A stretch of 64,000 nucleotides of DNA from Candidatus Pacearchaeota archaeon (GTDB lineage: Archaea > Nanobdellota > Nanobdellia > Pacearchaeales > GW2011-AR1): positions 91,470-155,469 of the forward strand of contig BPGA01000001.1 of the NCBI GenBank assembly GCA_026002795.1, in the 5' to 3' direction. Both the position numbers and the translations under genes were made by a program. Within the stretch, counting starts at the first letter, position 1. Every line of letters begins with the position of its first letter. The notes under the pieces are model-generated. The model did not search any database. It saw only the letters and a list, made by a program, of their open reading frames with translations, and had not been told where the DNA came from. This document shows positions 46,383 through 56,963 of the stretch, piece by piece.

Positions 46383-46460
46383 ATTTAAAAGAAAAAAGAA
46401 ACGCTTTTATATTTTATGAAGTTGTAACGAATCTTTTAAAAGATAGAAAAACTATTTTTT

Positions 46461-47081
46461 TTGATGAAAATTAAAAAAATTTTAAAAAAATTTTGGTTTC
46501 TTATTTGGGAAGATGATTCTTTTAAAGGATGGGTTTTTTCGATAATTTTTATTTTTCTTTTTGTTAAGTTCATTTTTTTTCCTTTGCTAAGTCTTGTAAC
46601 TGGAACACCATTACCTTTGGCAATTGTAGAGTCTTGTAGCATGTATCATGATGGTAATTTATTTTCTAACTTTGATAACTGGTGGGATAGACATGATGAA
46701 AAATATGAAAAGTTTAACATAACAAAAGAACAGTTCTATAATTTTAAAATGAAAAACGGTTTTAATAAAGGAGATATCCTTTTTATTTTAGGAACAAAAC
46801 CGGAATCAATAAAAGTTGGAGATATAATAATTTTTAATGCTGGACAAAGAAATCCAGTTATACATCGTGTTGTTAAAATAGAAAAAGAAGAAAATTATTT
46901 ATTTTTTTCAACTATAGGAGATAACAACAATGAACAAGCAAGTTTTGAAAAGAAAATATCAGAGGATAAAATAGTTGGAAAAGCTGTATTTAAAATTGCT
47001 CCTTATCTTGGTTGGATTAAACTTGTTTTTTATGAAGGACAAAAACCAATTCAAGAAAGAGGATTGTGTAAAGAGTTTTGA
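46461..47081 (+). CDS. Signal peptidase I, archaeal/ER type (S26B).
   Basis: N-terminal TM helix. VESCSMYHDG (Ser box), GDIIIF, PVIHRVV (His box), TIGDNNN. Confidence 0.75.
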   Translation: MMKIKKILKKFWFLIWEDDSFKGWVFSIIFIFLFVKFIFFPLLSLVTGTPLPLAIVESCSMYHDGNLFSNFDNWWDRHDEKYEKFNITKEQFYNFKMKNGFNKGDILFILGTKPESIKVGDIIIFNAGQRNPVIHRVVKIEKEENYLFFSTIGDNNNEQASFEKKISEDKIVGKAVFKIAPYLGWIKLVFYEGQKPIQERGLCKEF

Positions 47082-47143
47082 TAATTATAAGAAAGAAAAG
47101 ATTTTTAAATAATAAAAAATTTTATCACGAAAAAACTAGTAAA

Positions 47144-47458
47144 ATGGAGTTTTGTCCAAGGTGTGGTTCTGTTCTGGTATTGAAAGGTGATAAAAGTTCT
47201 TGTGTAAGATGCAATTATAAAACAAAAACAAAAAATAAACTAACTGCTTCTGAAAAAATGCAAAAAAAAGCTTCTGTTAATGTTGTTTCTGAGAAAGATT
47301 CAGAAGTTTATCCTGTTGTTGATTTAGAAGAGCCATGTAAAAGTTGCGGCAATACAAAAGCTTATTTCTGGACAATGCAAACAAGAGCTGGAGATGAAGC
47401 AGAAACAAAATTCTTTAAGTGTGTGAAATGTCAGCATACTTGGAGAGAATACAGATAA
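47144..47458 (+). CDS. tfs: Transcription factor S / RNA polymerase subunit M.
   Basis: MEFCPRCGSVL..CVRCNY (N-terminal ribbon), then CKSCGNTKAYFWTMQTRAGDEAETKFFKCVKCQHTWREY (C-terminal ribbon with an acidic hairpin). The track ORF starts at a TTG at 47078, but the ATG at 47144 is preferred. Confidence 0.85.
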   Translation: MEFCPRCGSVLVLKGDKSSCVRCNYKTKTKNKLTASEKMQKKASVNVVSEKDSEVYPVVDLEEPCKSCGNTKAYFWTMQTRAGDEAETKFFKCVKCQHTWREYR

Positions 47459-47550
47459 TTTTCTGAGTTAAAGTTTTTATTTGCTAATGTTTTTAAATTA
47501 TTATAAGTTAGAATTAATAAGTGCTATAAGTAATTGCTATATATGATAAA

Positions 47551-47654
47551 GGCTCCGTAGCTCAGCCTGGTTAGAGCACCGGACTCTTAAAAAAATCTCT
47601 TTAGACAACTAAGGAGATATCCGGGTGTCGAGGGTTCAAATCCCTCCGGGGCCA
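47551..47654 (+). tRNA. tRNA-Lys with anticodon CTT and an approximately 30-nt intron next to the anticodon loop.
   Basis: Hand fold: acceptor GGCTCCG/CGGGGCC (one G-U pair), D arm GCTC..GAGC, anticodon stem CCGGA/TCCGG, loop CT-CTT-A. The intron hairpin is ATCTCTTT..AAGGAGAT. T arm GAGGG-TTCAAAT-CCCTC. Confidence 0.8.
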
Positions 47655-47663
47655 TTTTAAAAA

Positions 47664-48320
47664 TTAGGAAGTTGATAAGACAGTAATATTATACTTTGTT
47701 GTATTGTAGGGATTACTAACTACAATGTAATATGTTTCTGGTTGAAGAGGGGTGTTTTTTGTTAGCGGAAATGATCTCATGTATTTAATTTCTTTATAAG
47801 AAGAAATAGCATAAAAAGAATCTCCCTTTTGGTATCTTAAATACTCATTTTCGTTTAAGAGGTAGATATCTAATGGATTATTTGAACTTAAGTTTATAAA
47901 TAGTCTTTGTGGTTCTTGAAGGAATATCACAAACGAATTGTAATATCCTTCATCTAAATGGTTGTTGGTTTCGTTGATAAAGATTAGTTCATTATTGTTT
48001 TTTGTTATTGTTGGTTTATTAGAGGAAGTAGTTTCATCAAGAAGCCCTACTAAAACACCCAATGAAAAACTTATAACTAAAATTAAAAAAATAAATAAAG
48101 AGATAATTAATGAGACGGTTGGAAATTCCTTTTTTTTATATTTTGTTAGATTTATTATTGAAAGAACAAATGTAGAGATAGTAAGTAGGATTAGTAGGGT
48201 TAATGTGATTAGTGTAATTGAATCAGGTAAAAGTGATAAAAGAATCCAAAGAAAGATCATAGACCAAAAAGATTCTTTAAGAAATTTTTTTAATGGTTTT
48301 TCTTTTATTTTTTTATTCAT
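47664..48320 (-). CDS. Membrane protein with three N-terminal TM helices and an extracellular domain.
   Basis: Track ORF of 218 aa. Confidence 0.5.
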   Translation of the reverse strand: MNKKIKEKPLKKFLKESFWSMIFLWILLSLLPDSITLITLTLLILLTISTFVLSIINLTKYKKKEFPTVSLIISLFIFLILVISFSLGVLVGLLDETTSSNKPTITKNNNELIFINETNNHLDEGYYNSFVIFLQEPQRLFINLSSNNPLDIYLLNENEYLRYQKGDSFYAISSYKEIKYMRSFPLTKNTPLQPETYYIVVSNPYNTTKYNITVLSTS

Positions 48321-48397
48321 TACTTTAAATAAAAAATAAAAAATTTATAAATATTATTATATAAAACAATAAAAAGGGCGAAAGACTTTGTTATTTT

Positions 48398-48664
48398 TTA
48401 TCTTATCAAATTTTGTATGTTTTCGATTGCATCAGCAACTTCTTTTCCTTTCTTTGTAAGCTTTATTATTTTTATTCTTCCTCTTTTTTCAAAATCAACA
48501 AGACCAAGTGTTTGAAGCATTTGTAAAATTTTTACTGCGTGGCTGTATGTACAATCAACTTCTTTCGCCAGAATACTTCCGTACCTCATTCTTGTATTTT
48601 TCTTTAAAGAGACCAGCATAAGAGCTGGCTTTCTTCTAAAAAAGATATCAAAGTTGTCTTTCAT
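48398..48664 (-). CDS. Small winged-helix transcriptional regulator.
   Basis: RYGSILAKEVDCTYSHAVKILQMLQTLGLVDFEKRGRIKIIKLTKKG fits a helix-turn-helix plus wing pattern. Confidence 0.5.
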   Translation of the reverse strand: MKDNFDIFFRRKPALMLVSLKKNTRMRYGSILAKEVDCTYSHAVKILQMLQTLGLVDFEKRGRIKIIKLTKKGKEVADAIENIQNLIR

Positions 48665-48814
48665 CTTAGTTTAGTTTTTTTATAGGTATATTATATGAAA
48701 AACACTAGTATTTAAATCTTACGGAAGTTTTAATTTTAAAGTGACTACATGTAAAAATTTTTATTTTGTGTTTAAGGAAATTATTTAAATCGAAATTTAT
48801 AAATTTATCTTAAA

Positions 48815-49420
48815 ATGAAAAAGAAGATACTTGCAATAGGAGATATACATCAAGACTCTTCTCTAGTCAAAAAAATAGCAGAAAAAGTAGAAAAAGAAAA
48901 AATAGATTTTGTTATTTTAGCAGGAGATCTAACTTTTGCTGATAAATCAATAAAATACATTATCGGACCTATAGTTAAATCAGGAACTAAAGTTTTTATT
49001 TTGCCTGGAAATCATGAAAGTTTAGCAACTATAGACTTTTTAACAGAGAGTTATGAAAACACATTTAACATCCATGGTTATGGTTTTAAAGAAGGATATG
49101 TTGGAATTTTTGGTGCAGGAGGAGCAAACATTGGAATTAATAGACTATCTGAAACAGAATTGTTTAATCTTTTAAAAAAAGGATTTGAAAAAGTAAAAGA
49201 TTCAAAAGTAAAAATAATGGTAACACATATGCATCCAAAGAATTCAAAATCTGAAATTTTTGGTTTTGAGGGGTCTGAAGCAATAAGAAAAGCTATAGAA
49301 AAATTTAAACCAGATATCGCGATTCATGCTCATATACATGAAGCTGGCGGTATAGAAGAAATTGTCGGAAAAACTAGGGTTTTTAATGTAAGTAGAAAAG
49401 AAAGAGTTTTTGAGATTTAA
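48815..49420 (+). CDS. Calcineurin-like metallophosphoesterase.
   Basis: ILAIGDIHQD, LAGDLT, LPGNHE, VTHMHP, IHAHIHE. Confidence 0.75.
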   Translation: MKKKILAIGDIHQDSSLVKKIAEKVEKEKIDFVILAGDLTFADKSIKYIIGPIVKSGTKVFILPGNHESLATIDFLTESYENTFNIHGYGFKEGYVGIFGAGGANIGINRLSETELFNLLKKGFEKVKDSKVKIMVTHMHPKNSKSEIFGFEGSEAIRKAIEKFKPDIAIHAHIHEAGGIEEIVGKTRVFNVSRKERVFEI

Positions 49421-49444
49421 TTTTTAATTTTTCTTAATCTTAAA

Positions 49445-51676
49445 ATGCCAAAACCTAAGAAAACAAGAGAAGAAAAAATTGCAGAAGAATTTTTTCCTAT
49501 TGATGAATCTGATTTAAAATATGCTGTTGAAAAACCTTCTAGTGGTTTTTTAATTTTAGAAAAAAATAAAAAACAAACAAAACATAAAAAATCGAAAAGA
49601 CTCAAAAAAATGGACTTAAATAAAAGTGTTTTGGCGAAAAATTTTCCGAAAAAAGGTGGATATGAACTTATAATTACAGAAAAACCACAAGCAGCAAAAA
49701 AAATTGCTTTTTCGTTGGGAAAGGCAAAAGAAAAGAAAGAAGAGGGGGTATCTTACTATGAATTAGAAAAAAATGATAAAAAAATTTTTGTTGCATGTGC
49801 TGTTGGTCATCTTTTCACTTTAACACCTAAAGATAATTCTTCTTTTCCAATATTTGATTTAGTGTGGGTACCAAATTTTATAGTAAGAAAAAAAGATTTT
49901 ACAAAAAGGTATCTTAATGTGTTAAAGAAGTTAGTTGGTGGTGCTAGTGAAATTACAATTGCTACAGATTACGATATTGAGGGAGAGCTTATTGGTTTTA
50001 ATGTTATAAGATTTATTGCCGGCACAGAAAATGCTAATAGAATGAAATTCTCAACATTAACAGAAAAAGAATTATCATTTTCTTATGAGAAAAAATTTAA
50101 AAGTATAGATTTTGGCCAAGCTATTTCTGGCGAAACAAGACATATACTAGATTGGTATTATGGTATAAATCTTTCAAGACTTTTAATGAATGCTATAAAA
50201 ACAACAGGAAGGTTTAGAGTTTTCTCTATAGGAAGAGTTCAAGGTCCAACTTTAAACATTATTGTAAAAAAAGAAAAAGAAATTTTAAATTTTAAGCCTA
50301 AAAAGTACTGGCAGGTTTTTATAAAAACAGAGGATCCAGAAGAAGAGTTTATTTACATTAAAGATATTTTCAATAAAGAAGAGTTGAGAAAGTTTGAGGA
50401 TTTAAAAGGAAAAAAAGGGATTGCAAAAACAGAAAAAAAAGAGAAAAAAGTTCCTCCGCCCGAGCCTTTTAATCTTACATCTTTGCAATCGGAAGCTTAC
50501 TCTCTCTATAAAATAACTCCTTCAAAAACATTAGAAATTGCTCAGTCTTTATATTTAGCAGGACTTATATCATATCCAAGAACATCAAGCCAAAAACTTC
50601 CTCCATCTATAAATTATAAAGAAATTTTGGAAAAACTAGCTAAAAAATATAATGCTGAAAAATTAATTAAAAGAGAAAAACCTGTAGAAGGAAATAAAAC
50701 AGATCCGGCACATCCTTCAATTTATCCTACCGGAGAATTTGAAAAACTTTCTGATGAAGAAAAAAAGATTTTTGATTTAATAGTTAAAAGATTCTTATGT
50801 TTGTTTGCAGAAGATGCTATAATAGAGAATAAAGGTGTTAGAATTTTTATTGATGAATTTGTGTTTGAAAAAAAAGGGGCATCAATAAAAAAAGAGTCAT
50901 GGATGTCTCTTTATCCTAAAAAAATTTTAGAAAAAAGTGTTCCTGATTTTGTAGGAGAAATTAAAATAAAAGATGTTAGATTTGAAGAAAAAGAAACAAA
51001 ACCACCTAAGAGGTATACTCCTGCTTCAATAATCACAGAGCTTGAAAAAAGAAATCTAGGAACTAAAGCAACAAGAGCTATGATACTTGAAACTCTTTAC
51101 AATAGGGGGTATATAAAAGAACAAAACATAAAAGCAACTCCATTAGGAATTTCTCTTATTGAAACTTTAGAAAAACACTCTCCAATAATAATTGACGAAG
51201 CATTAACAAGAGAGTTCGAAAAAAATCTTGAATCAATACAAAATTCTAAAAAAAATTTTTTAGAAAAACAAAAAATGATTCTTGAAAAAGCAAAAGAAAC
51301 AATAATAAAAATTGTAAACGAGTTCAAAAAAGAAGAAACTGATGTTGGAAAAGAGCTTTTATTGGCTATTGAAAAATTAAATAATCAAAAAAAACAAGAA
51401 AACATTTTAGATGTTTGTCCTGTATGTAAAAAAGGAAATATAATGATTATGTATTCTAAAAAAAATAAAAGATATTTTGTAGCTTGTGATAGATATCCTG
51501 AGTGCAAAACAACGTATACTTTACCTCCTTATGGTTTAATGAAGCCTTCAGAAAACTTTTGTGATGTTTGTGATTTTAGAAAGGTTATGGCTATAAGAAA
51601 AGGAAAAAAACCTTGGGAATTCTGTTTTAATCCTAAATGTGAAACAAACAAAGAAAGGTTTGGGAGAATAAAGTAA
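49445..51676 (+). CDS. topA: Type IA DNA topoisomerase.
   Basis: Toprim domain (LIITEKPQAAKKIA, TDYDIEGELIG), active-site Tyr region GLISYPRTSSQKL, and C-terminal zinc ribbons (CPVCKKG..CDRYPEC and CDVCDF..CFNPKC). The basic 55-aa N-terminal extension may not be translated; an alternative start is MDLNKS. Confidence 0.9.
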   Translation: MPKPKKTREEKIAEEFFPIDESDLKYAVEKPSSGFLILEKNKKQTKHKKSKRLKKMDLNKSVLAKNFPKKGGYELIITEKPQAAKKIAFSLGKAKEKKEEGVSYYELEKNDKKIFVACAVGHLFTLTPKDNSSFPIFDLVWVPNFIVRKKDFTKRYLNVLKKLVGGASEITIATDYDIEGELIGFNVIRFIAGTENANRMKFSTLTEKELSFSYEKKFKSIDFGQAISGETRHILDWYYGINLSRLLMNAIKTTGRFRVFSIGRVQGPTLNIIVKKEKEILNFKPKKYWQVFIKTEDPEEEFIYIKDIFNKEELRKFEDLKGKKGIAKTEKKEKKVPPPEPFNLTSLQSEAYSLYKITPSKTLEIAQSLYLAGLISYPRTSSQKLPPSINYKEILEKLAKKYNAEKLIKREKPVEGNKTDPAHPSIYPTGEFEKLSDEEKKIFDLIVKRFLCLFAEDAIIENKGVRIFIDEFVFEKKGASIKKESWMSLYPKKILEKSVPDFVGEIKIKDVRFEEKETKPPKRYTPASIITELEKRNLGTKATRAMILETLYNRGYIKEQNIKATPLGISLIETLEKHSPIIIDEALTREFEKNLESIQNSKKNFLEKQKMILEKAKETIIKIVNEFKKEETDVGKELLLAIEKLNNQKKQENILDVCPVCKKGNIMIMYSKKNKRYFVACDRYPECKTTYTLPPYGLMKPSENFCDVCDFRKVMAIRKGKKPWEFCFNPKCETNKERFGRIK

Positions 51677-51826
51677 ATTCAAGATTCTTTTTAATTGATT
51701 AAAATGATAGAGATTAAAAAATATTAATGATTTAGATTTTGACGTTAAACTAATTAAAAAGTATTATCAAAGTTTAATTATCTTTAAATTAATCATCGTT
51801 AGATAAACTTTTTAAATAAGGGATAA

Positions 51827-53032
51827 CTAAACCCACTTTCCTAAACTTGTTTGTGTTTTTATATTTTCTATGATTTTACTTTTTTTGAAGACTTTTTCTG
51901 GATCAAATCCAAACTTTATCATACTTATTTTTTTAGCATTTTCAAACATTTCACGCATTTCATTAAAAGAAAGTTTCTTTGTTTCTAAAGCTTTTCTTAC
52001 AGACTCTCTAACAACCCAAACTCCAAGAGCAGCCCAGTAGCTTGGTAGCTCAATTCTTATAACAAGGACAGAAGCTTGCCTTTTTATTTTTTCTAGGTAT
52101 TCTGTAATTGGAAGTCTTGTTGCATAATAACCTCCGCCAGTATTTTCAGCATAATTTTTTCTTCCTTCATAACCTTCATAATCAGTAGCTGCTTTTGTTT
52201 CATTACTAGGATTCCAAGAGCTTCCTGGAAGATAAAGTTCAAAAAGTTCAAAAGAGAAAACTCTTGGAAATAAAAGAATCAAATAAGCGTTACCCATGTA
52301 TTCCCCAAAAAATAATTCGTAATTTTCAATTTCTTTATAATTTCTTATTTTTTCAATTAACTTTTTACTAATTATATCATCTGTAGCTGTTATAGCCCAC
52401 CTTGTTGGCACTAGTTTTTTATCTTTTTTTAAACCTAAAGAACCTATACTTAATATCTGGCTTAAAAAGTATTCATTATAATTTTTATTATATAATTCAG
52501 TTATACTTTCAGAAGCTTTTATGTCATCATTTATCGCTTTATCAATTGCTGGATCGATTTTTGTGTTGCTGGTTATTTTTACATTTTCTATCTGAGCAAA
52601 CATTCCTTGTGGAGCTAAAATTTTATCTTTTTTCATATCTGGATTTATTTTATTTTTCAATTTTATTTCAACATCAACTGGTTTTGAAGAGAGGGCAAGC
52701 TCTTGTGATAACTTTAAGAATTTATTTTCTTTTCGAGGGTCAGTTATTTTTGATTTAAATCTAGAATTTAAAAGTCCTTTTCTTAAATGTATAACTTCTT
52801 TTATACCTAAACCAGTGCTAGCCCAGTATTTTGGGGAGTCATAAATCCAAGCCTCGTTATCTTTTTCTAGGGGACTTAAAATACCTACATTAACAATTCC
52901 TTCTTTAACTTGAGAACCGACAAAAACACTTGGAGGAGAAGTTGACTCAAGCTCTGAAACGTTGTCTAAAGATTTATATCTAAATTGTATGTCAGCAATT
53001 TTTTTAATTATCTCAAATCTTATATCTGACAT
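51827..53032 (-). CDS. Probable Nre-family (DUF650/DUF651-like) archaeal DNA-repair-associated protein.
   Basis: SPPSVFVGS..VNVGILSP and ATRLPI..VWVVRE resemble the Nre family from memory. It has a C-terminal PIP-like QTSLGKWV and lies next to radB. Confidence 0.5.
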   Translation of the reverse strand: MSDIRFEIIKKIADIQFRYKSLDNVSELESTSPPSVFVGSQVKEGIVNVGILSPLEKDNEAWIYDSPKYWASTGLGIKEVIHLRKGLLNSRFKSKITDPRKENKFLKLSQELALSSKPVDVEIKLKNKINPDMKKDKILAPQGMFAQIENVKITSNTKIDPAIDKAINDDIKASESITELYNKNYNEYFLSQILSIGSLGLKKDKKLVPTRWAITATDDIISKKLIEKIRNYKEIENYELFFGEYMGNAYLILLFPRVFSFELFELYLPGSSWNPSNETKAATDYEGYEGRKNYAENTGGGYYATRLPITEYLEKIKRQASVLVIRIELPSYWAALGVWVVRESVRKALETKKLSFNEMREMFENAKKISMIKFGFDPEKVFKKSKIIENIKTQTSLGKWV

Positions 53033-53092
53033 TTTATATTAATTTAAGTGTTTAATGTTTATATCTTTTTTGCTCTTTTTAGCTTGGCTTTT

Positions 53093-53866
53093 TTAAAGCC
53101 AGCCTTTTTTAAAAATTCCTTTTTCTCTAATTTCAAAAGAAAGTTCTTTTTTAGGAAGGCTTCTGTGTTTTAGTAGAATTGCTTTTCTTTTTCCGTTTTC
53201 TAGTTTCAATTCAATGATACATTTACTCCAATACTTAAAAAGATCTCCGCCAACAATATTTGTTTCTGGCTTAATTCCTTTTTCTAGTTGTTCTTTTGTT
53301 AGAAAATCAGAATAAACTTGATTTGTTATAATGATGGGAATTTTTTCTTTTCTAGAAATTTCAGAAAGTATTTTCATTTGTTTTGCTAGCTCTCTATTCA
53401 CTTGTTTTATTAGCTCGTCGTTCTTAGATTTTAAAGCATCTCCAAGTTCAAGTCTATAATGCATAGCCATTCCATCAACAATAATAAGCCCGATATCTTT
53501 TTTCTTTACATTTTCCATTAATTTTATTAAGGTTTCTTTTTGTTCTTGAAAATTTGATGGTTCTAGTATAAGAATATTTTTTAGTATTTCTTCATAATCC
53601 TTTTCTGCTATTTGTTTTACTCTTTCCACACTAAAACCACCTTCTGTATCTATAAAAATCACTTTTTTACCTTTTTTTGCCTGACTGCAAGCAGCTAAAA
53701 TCGCAAAATTGGTTTTTCCTGAAGCTGGCGGTCCTGCGATCATTGTTATTATTCCTGCTTCATAGCCGCCATGAAGCCATTTATTAAAGTCGTAACTTCC
53801 TGTTGAGATCCTTTCCATAAATAAACGATTTTTTTGTTGTATAATAATTTTATTGTTATATTGCAA
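53093..53866 (-). CDS. radB: RadB-type RecA-family ATPase.
   Basis: GGYEAGIITMIAGPPASGKTNFAI (Walker A), GLIIVDGMA (Walker B), and no N-terminal HhH domain. The likely start is the MERISTG codon at 53818. Confidence 0.7.
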   Translation of the reverse strand: MQYNNKIIIQQKNRLFMERISTGSYDFNKWLHGGYEAGIITMIAGPPASGKTNFAILAACSQAKKGKKVIFIDTEGGFSVERVKQIAEKDYEEILKNILILEPSNFQEQKETLIKLMENVKKKDIGLIIVDGMAMHYRLELGDALKSKNDELIKQVNRELAKQMKILSEISRKEKIPIIITNQVYSDFLTKEQLEKGIKPETNIVGGDLFKYWSKCIIELKLENGKRKAILLKHRSLPKKELSFEIREKGIFKKGWL

Positions 53867-53957
53867 TTAGAAGTATAGATATTTTAATGTCCTAATTAAA
53901 AAATAAGATTTTTGTGTAGAATATTATGTTTATTGATTTTATCTTGAACCTCTAGAA

Positions 53958-54221
53958 TTATTTCATTTTTTTAAACTCTTCTTCTACTTTACCAAGATCT
54001 TTTATAGCTTTAGATATAGCATCATCTATTGCTTTTTTTGGGGATTTTCCTTTAGTTACTAACTTAAAAACCGGTTTTTCAAATGGATGGATTCTTTTCC
54101 AAGCAGCCATTTCAACAGATTCGTCTTTGTTTAAATAAACTTTTAATAGTTCAGCAAGAGTTAAATTTTCAATTTCAAATTCAGCCTCGTTTTTTGAAGA
54201 ACTTAAAACTTTAATTTTCAT
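53958..54221 (-). CDS. rpoL: DNA-directed RNA polymerase subunit L (Rpb11-like).
   Basis: MKIKVLSSSKNEAEFEIEN.TLAELLKVYLNKDESVEMAAWKRIHPFEKPVFKLVTKG fits the RpoL pattern. Confidence 0.75.
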   Translation of the reverse strand: MKIKVLSSSKNEAEFEIENLTLAELLKVYLNKDESVEMAAWKRIHPFEKPVFKLVTKGKSPKKAIDDAISKAIKDLGKVEEEFKKMK

Positions 54222-54260
54222 AATAAAAAATTAAAATTTTAGTTTAAAAACTCTTCGTTT

Positions 54261-54923
54261 TTATAATTGTTCCTCAAAATCAACAATTTCGTTGTAAATT
54301 ATCTGCTCTTGTATTTTTTTTATGTCTGAAATCTTTAGTTTTTTTATACTTTCTCTATCTAAATTTAATGAAAAATCTTCTAGGCTTTCTTGTTTCTGTA
54401 AAATTATTGGCTCTTCGTCTTGTGGTTGGACTTTAAATAAAGAGATTCCAAGATAGTTTTCAAGTTTTTTTAATAAAGGCTTATAATTTTCAGGAAGATA
54501 TCCGTGTTCTGCAAATTTTATTGCAGATACGGGAATTCCTAAATCTAAAGCGATTTTTTCTCTTGTTAATTTTTTCTTTCTCCTTTCATTTAGTATTTTC
54601 CAATTAAAATTTTCTACTAAATCCGGAAATTTCTTTTTTTCTTTAACAATGCTTTTTTCATAGTTTTTATCTATAATTTTCATTAACTCTAAGTCTTCTT
54701 TTGAATTCTCGCTTGTTAACTTTTCTTTCATTAAGGATTCTGCTTTCTTGTAAAATGGCAAGATTTCTCTTGTTTTTTTAATTTGTTCTTCTGTTGGTTT
54801 TTTTAAAATTGGAAAATTTTCTTTTTCTTTACATGTTTGACAGATTAAAATTACACCCTTAGATGAAATAGCTTCATAGTAATTTTTTTCTTCTAGATTT
54901 ATACCACAAACCCCACATTCCAT
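54261..54923 (-). CDS. MBF1-like protein with an N-terminal Zn ribbon and a C-terminal XRE-type HTH.
   Basis: MECGVCG..CQTC, then LTREKIALDLGIPVSAIKFAEHG. Confidence 0.5.
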   Translation of the reverse strand: MECGVCGINLEEKNYYEAISSKGVILICQTCKEKENFPILKKPTEEQIKKTREILPFYKKAESLMKEKLTSENSKEDLELMKIIDKNYEKSIVKEKKKFPDLVENFNWKILNERRKKKLTREKIALDLGIPVSAIKFAEHGYLPENYKPLLKKLENYLGISLFKVQPQDEEPIILQKQESLEDFSLNLDRESIKKLKISDIKKIQEQIIYNEIVDFEEQL

Positions 54924-55054
54924 AAAAAATTAAGGTGGTTTTTTCTTTTAAGTTTTTATGTGATTTTTGTAAATGAAATAAGAAATAATAAAGACTAAAC
55001 TAATCTTCTTTTGCTTGATTGTTCGGGTTTTTGTGATTAAAATTAAATAAATAT

Positions 55055-55708
55055 TTACGAATAAAGATATGATTCTATTTCTTTAGGTGATTTTAGGTCA
55101 TATATTTTGTGTTTTTCATTAATTATTACAACAGGAAATTCTTTTATATCAAACCTTTCAAGTAGTATATTTAAAGAGCTATGATTACTGTCTGCAGCAA
55201 TGGGGATTAAAATTATCTTATCTCCTTTATCCTGTTTTAATTCAAAAAGAACCTTAGACCAAACATTCTGTTTTGCTTTTTTATTTATATCTTTTGTTTC
55301 ATATTCATAAAGATAAACAACAGTAGAAAAATTTTTTCTGCAATCTTTTGGTATGTTCATAAGATTAGACCATAAAATAGTTCTCAAAAGGTCATATCTT
55401 TTATGTGCTATTTTTATATCGTCTGTAATTTTTGAGGATTCTTCATATTTTTCTAATAAAATAGCCTCATTATAAATTTTGTCTGCGAAAGAAATATAAC
55501 CACTAATTAATACATTACAATCATTTTGATTTTTAAAAACCTCATTAATAGCTAGAGAATCAATTAAAGATATTTCTGATAAAGAATAATAATTATTTAT
55601 TTTATTTACATTCCGAGATTCATAAGCAATTCCTAGAAAAATTCCTATTAAAAAGACAGCTACTGTTATGATAAAAGCTTCCCAAAATATATTTTTTGTA
55701 TTTAACAT
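55055..55708 (-). CDS. Membrane-anchored extracytoplasmic protein, function unknown.
   Basis: Track ORF of 217 aa with one N-terminal TM helix. Confidence 0.45.
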   Translation of the reverse strand: MLNTKNIFWEAFIITVAVFLIGIFLGIAYESRNVNKINNYYSLSEISLIDSLAINEVFKNQNDCNVLISGYISFADKIYNEAILLEKYEESSKITDDIKIAHKRYDLLRTILWSNLMNIPKDCRKNFSTVVYLYEYETKDINKKAKQNVWSKVLFELKQDKGDKIILIPIAADSNHSSLNILLERFDIKEFPVVIINEKHKIYDLKSPKEIESYLYS

Positions 55709-55720
55709 TTTTTATACTTT

Positions 55721-56959
55721 TTACCATGTTTTTTTACTTTTTATAGTTTTGTAGATAGAAGAAAATAATATTAAAGGATATGCTAAAAGATAAACAAAAG
55801 CAAACAATAAGAAGGTTATTGAGTTTTTTTTAATGTCTATTTTCTTATCTTTTATTTTTGAAAGAGCAAATAAAGTAAAAGATGTACTTAAAATTAAGAT
55901 AGCTGTTCCGAAAAATACTAAAACATTAGGTGTTAAGCTTATATCTCTTAAACTTAATACTGCTACTTGTGCTTCAATAGAGTATTTGGTAGTAAGGAAA
56001 TATTTAATTATTAATTCTCTAGATATTCTATAAAAAAGTATAATTATCCCAACTATTCCGATAATCCAAGATAAAACAAAAAAAGGTATAACAAAAAGTC
56101 CTAAGATACCTCTTCTCAAGAAGTATTTTTTGTGTTTGTTTATTGTTTGAAGACCGCCCATGTTCCATCTAATTCTCTGTTTATACCAATCTTTAAAATT
56201 ATCTGGTACCACAGTATAAGATTTAGATAGTGTACTCATCTCTATTTTGTAGCCTTTAGAAAGAATATTCCAAGTAATTTCTATGTCTTCTGTTAAATTA
56301 TTTTCATCAAAACGACCTACTTTATCAAAAACACTTTTTCTGTAGATTGCTAAAGGTCCGGGAGTAACATAAATAGCATCAACAAAACCTAAAAGTTTTC
56401 TTGTAAAAACTATAACTCTGTATTCAAGATCTTGCAATCTTTCTATTAAGTTGTTTGTGTTCTTTACTAGAATAGAAGCTGTAACTCCTCCAACACGCCT
56501 GTCATCAAAAAATCCGATCATTTTCTCTATAGAGTCTGGTAAAGGATATGAATCGGCATCAACAAAGCCAATAAGCTCTGTATTTACAAATTTTGATCCA
56601 TAGTTTTTTGCTCCACTAGCTTTTCCTGTATTTTTAGGCGTTCTAATTGCTATTATTTTTTTGTATTTTTTAGAATATTTTTTTATTATATTAAAAGAGT
56701 TATCTGTGCTACAATCATCAACTATTATTATTTTTCTTAATTGTTTATATTTAATTTTTAACAGAGATTCTATTGTTTTACCTATAGTTTTTTCTTCGTT
56801 GTAACAAGGAACGACAATACTCAAAGAATACTTTTTTTTGGCTTTTTTGTAAAAAAATAAATCGTTTTTATGTCTTAAGTAAATTAAGACAAAAAAAATT
56901 ATAAAGTACATTGCTACAAAAGAATAAAAAAGATATACCACAGTCAAAAATTCAACCAT
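55721..56959 (-). CDS. Integral-membrane family-2 glycosyltransferase of the processive (NodC/PgaC/CesA-like) type.
   Basis: VPCYNEE, IVDDCSTDN, FVDADS, TEDIEITW, QRIRWNMGG (the Q-x-x-R-W motif), flanked by TM helices. Confidence 0.8.
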   Translation of the reverse strand: MVEFLTVVYLFYSFVAMYFIIFFVLIYLRHKNDLFFYKKAKKKYSLSIVVPCYNEEKTIGKTIESLLKIKYKQLRKIIIVDDCSTDNSFNIIKKYSKKYKKIIAIRTPKNTGKASGAKNYGSKFVNTELIGFVDADSYPLPDSIEKMIGFFDDRRVGGVTASILVKNTNNLIERLQDLEYRVIVFTRKLLGFVDAIYVTPGPLAIYRKSVFDKVGRFDENNLTEDIEITWNILSKGYKIEMSTLSKSYTVVPDNFKDWYKQRIRWNMGGLQTINKHKKYFLRRGILGLFVIPFFVLSWIIGIVGIIILFYRISRELIIKYFLTTKYSIEAQVAVLSLRDISLTPNVLVFFGTAILILSTSFTLFALSKIKDKKIDIKKNSITFLLFAFVYLLAYPLILFSSIYKTIKSKKTW

Positions 56960-56963
56960 TTTT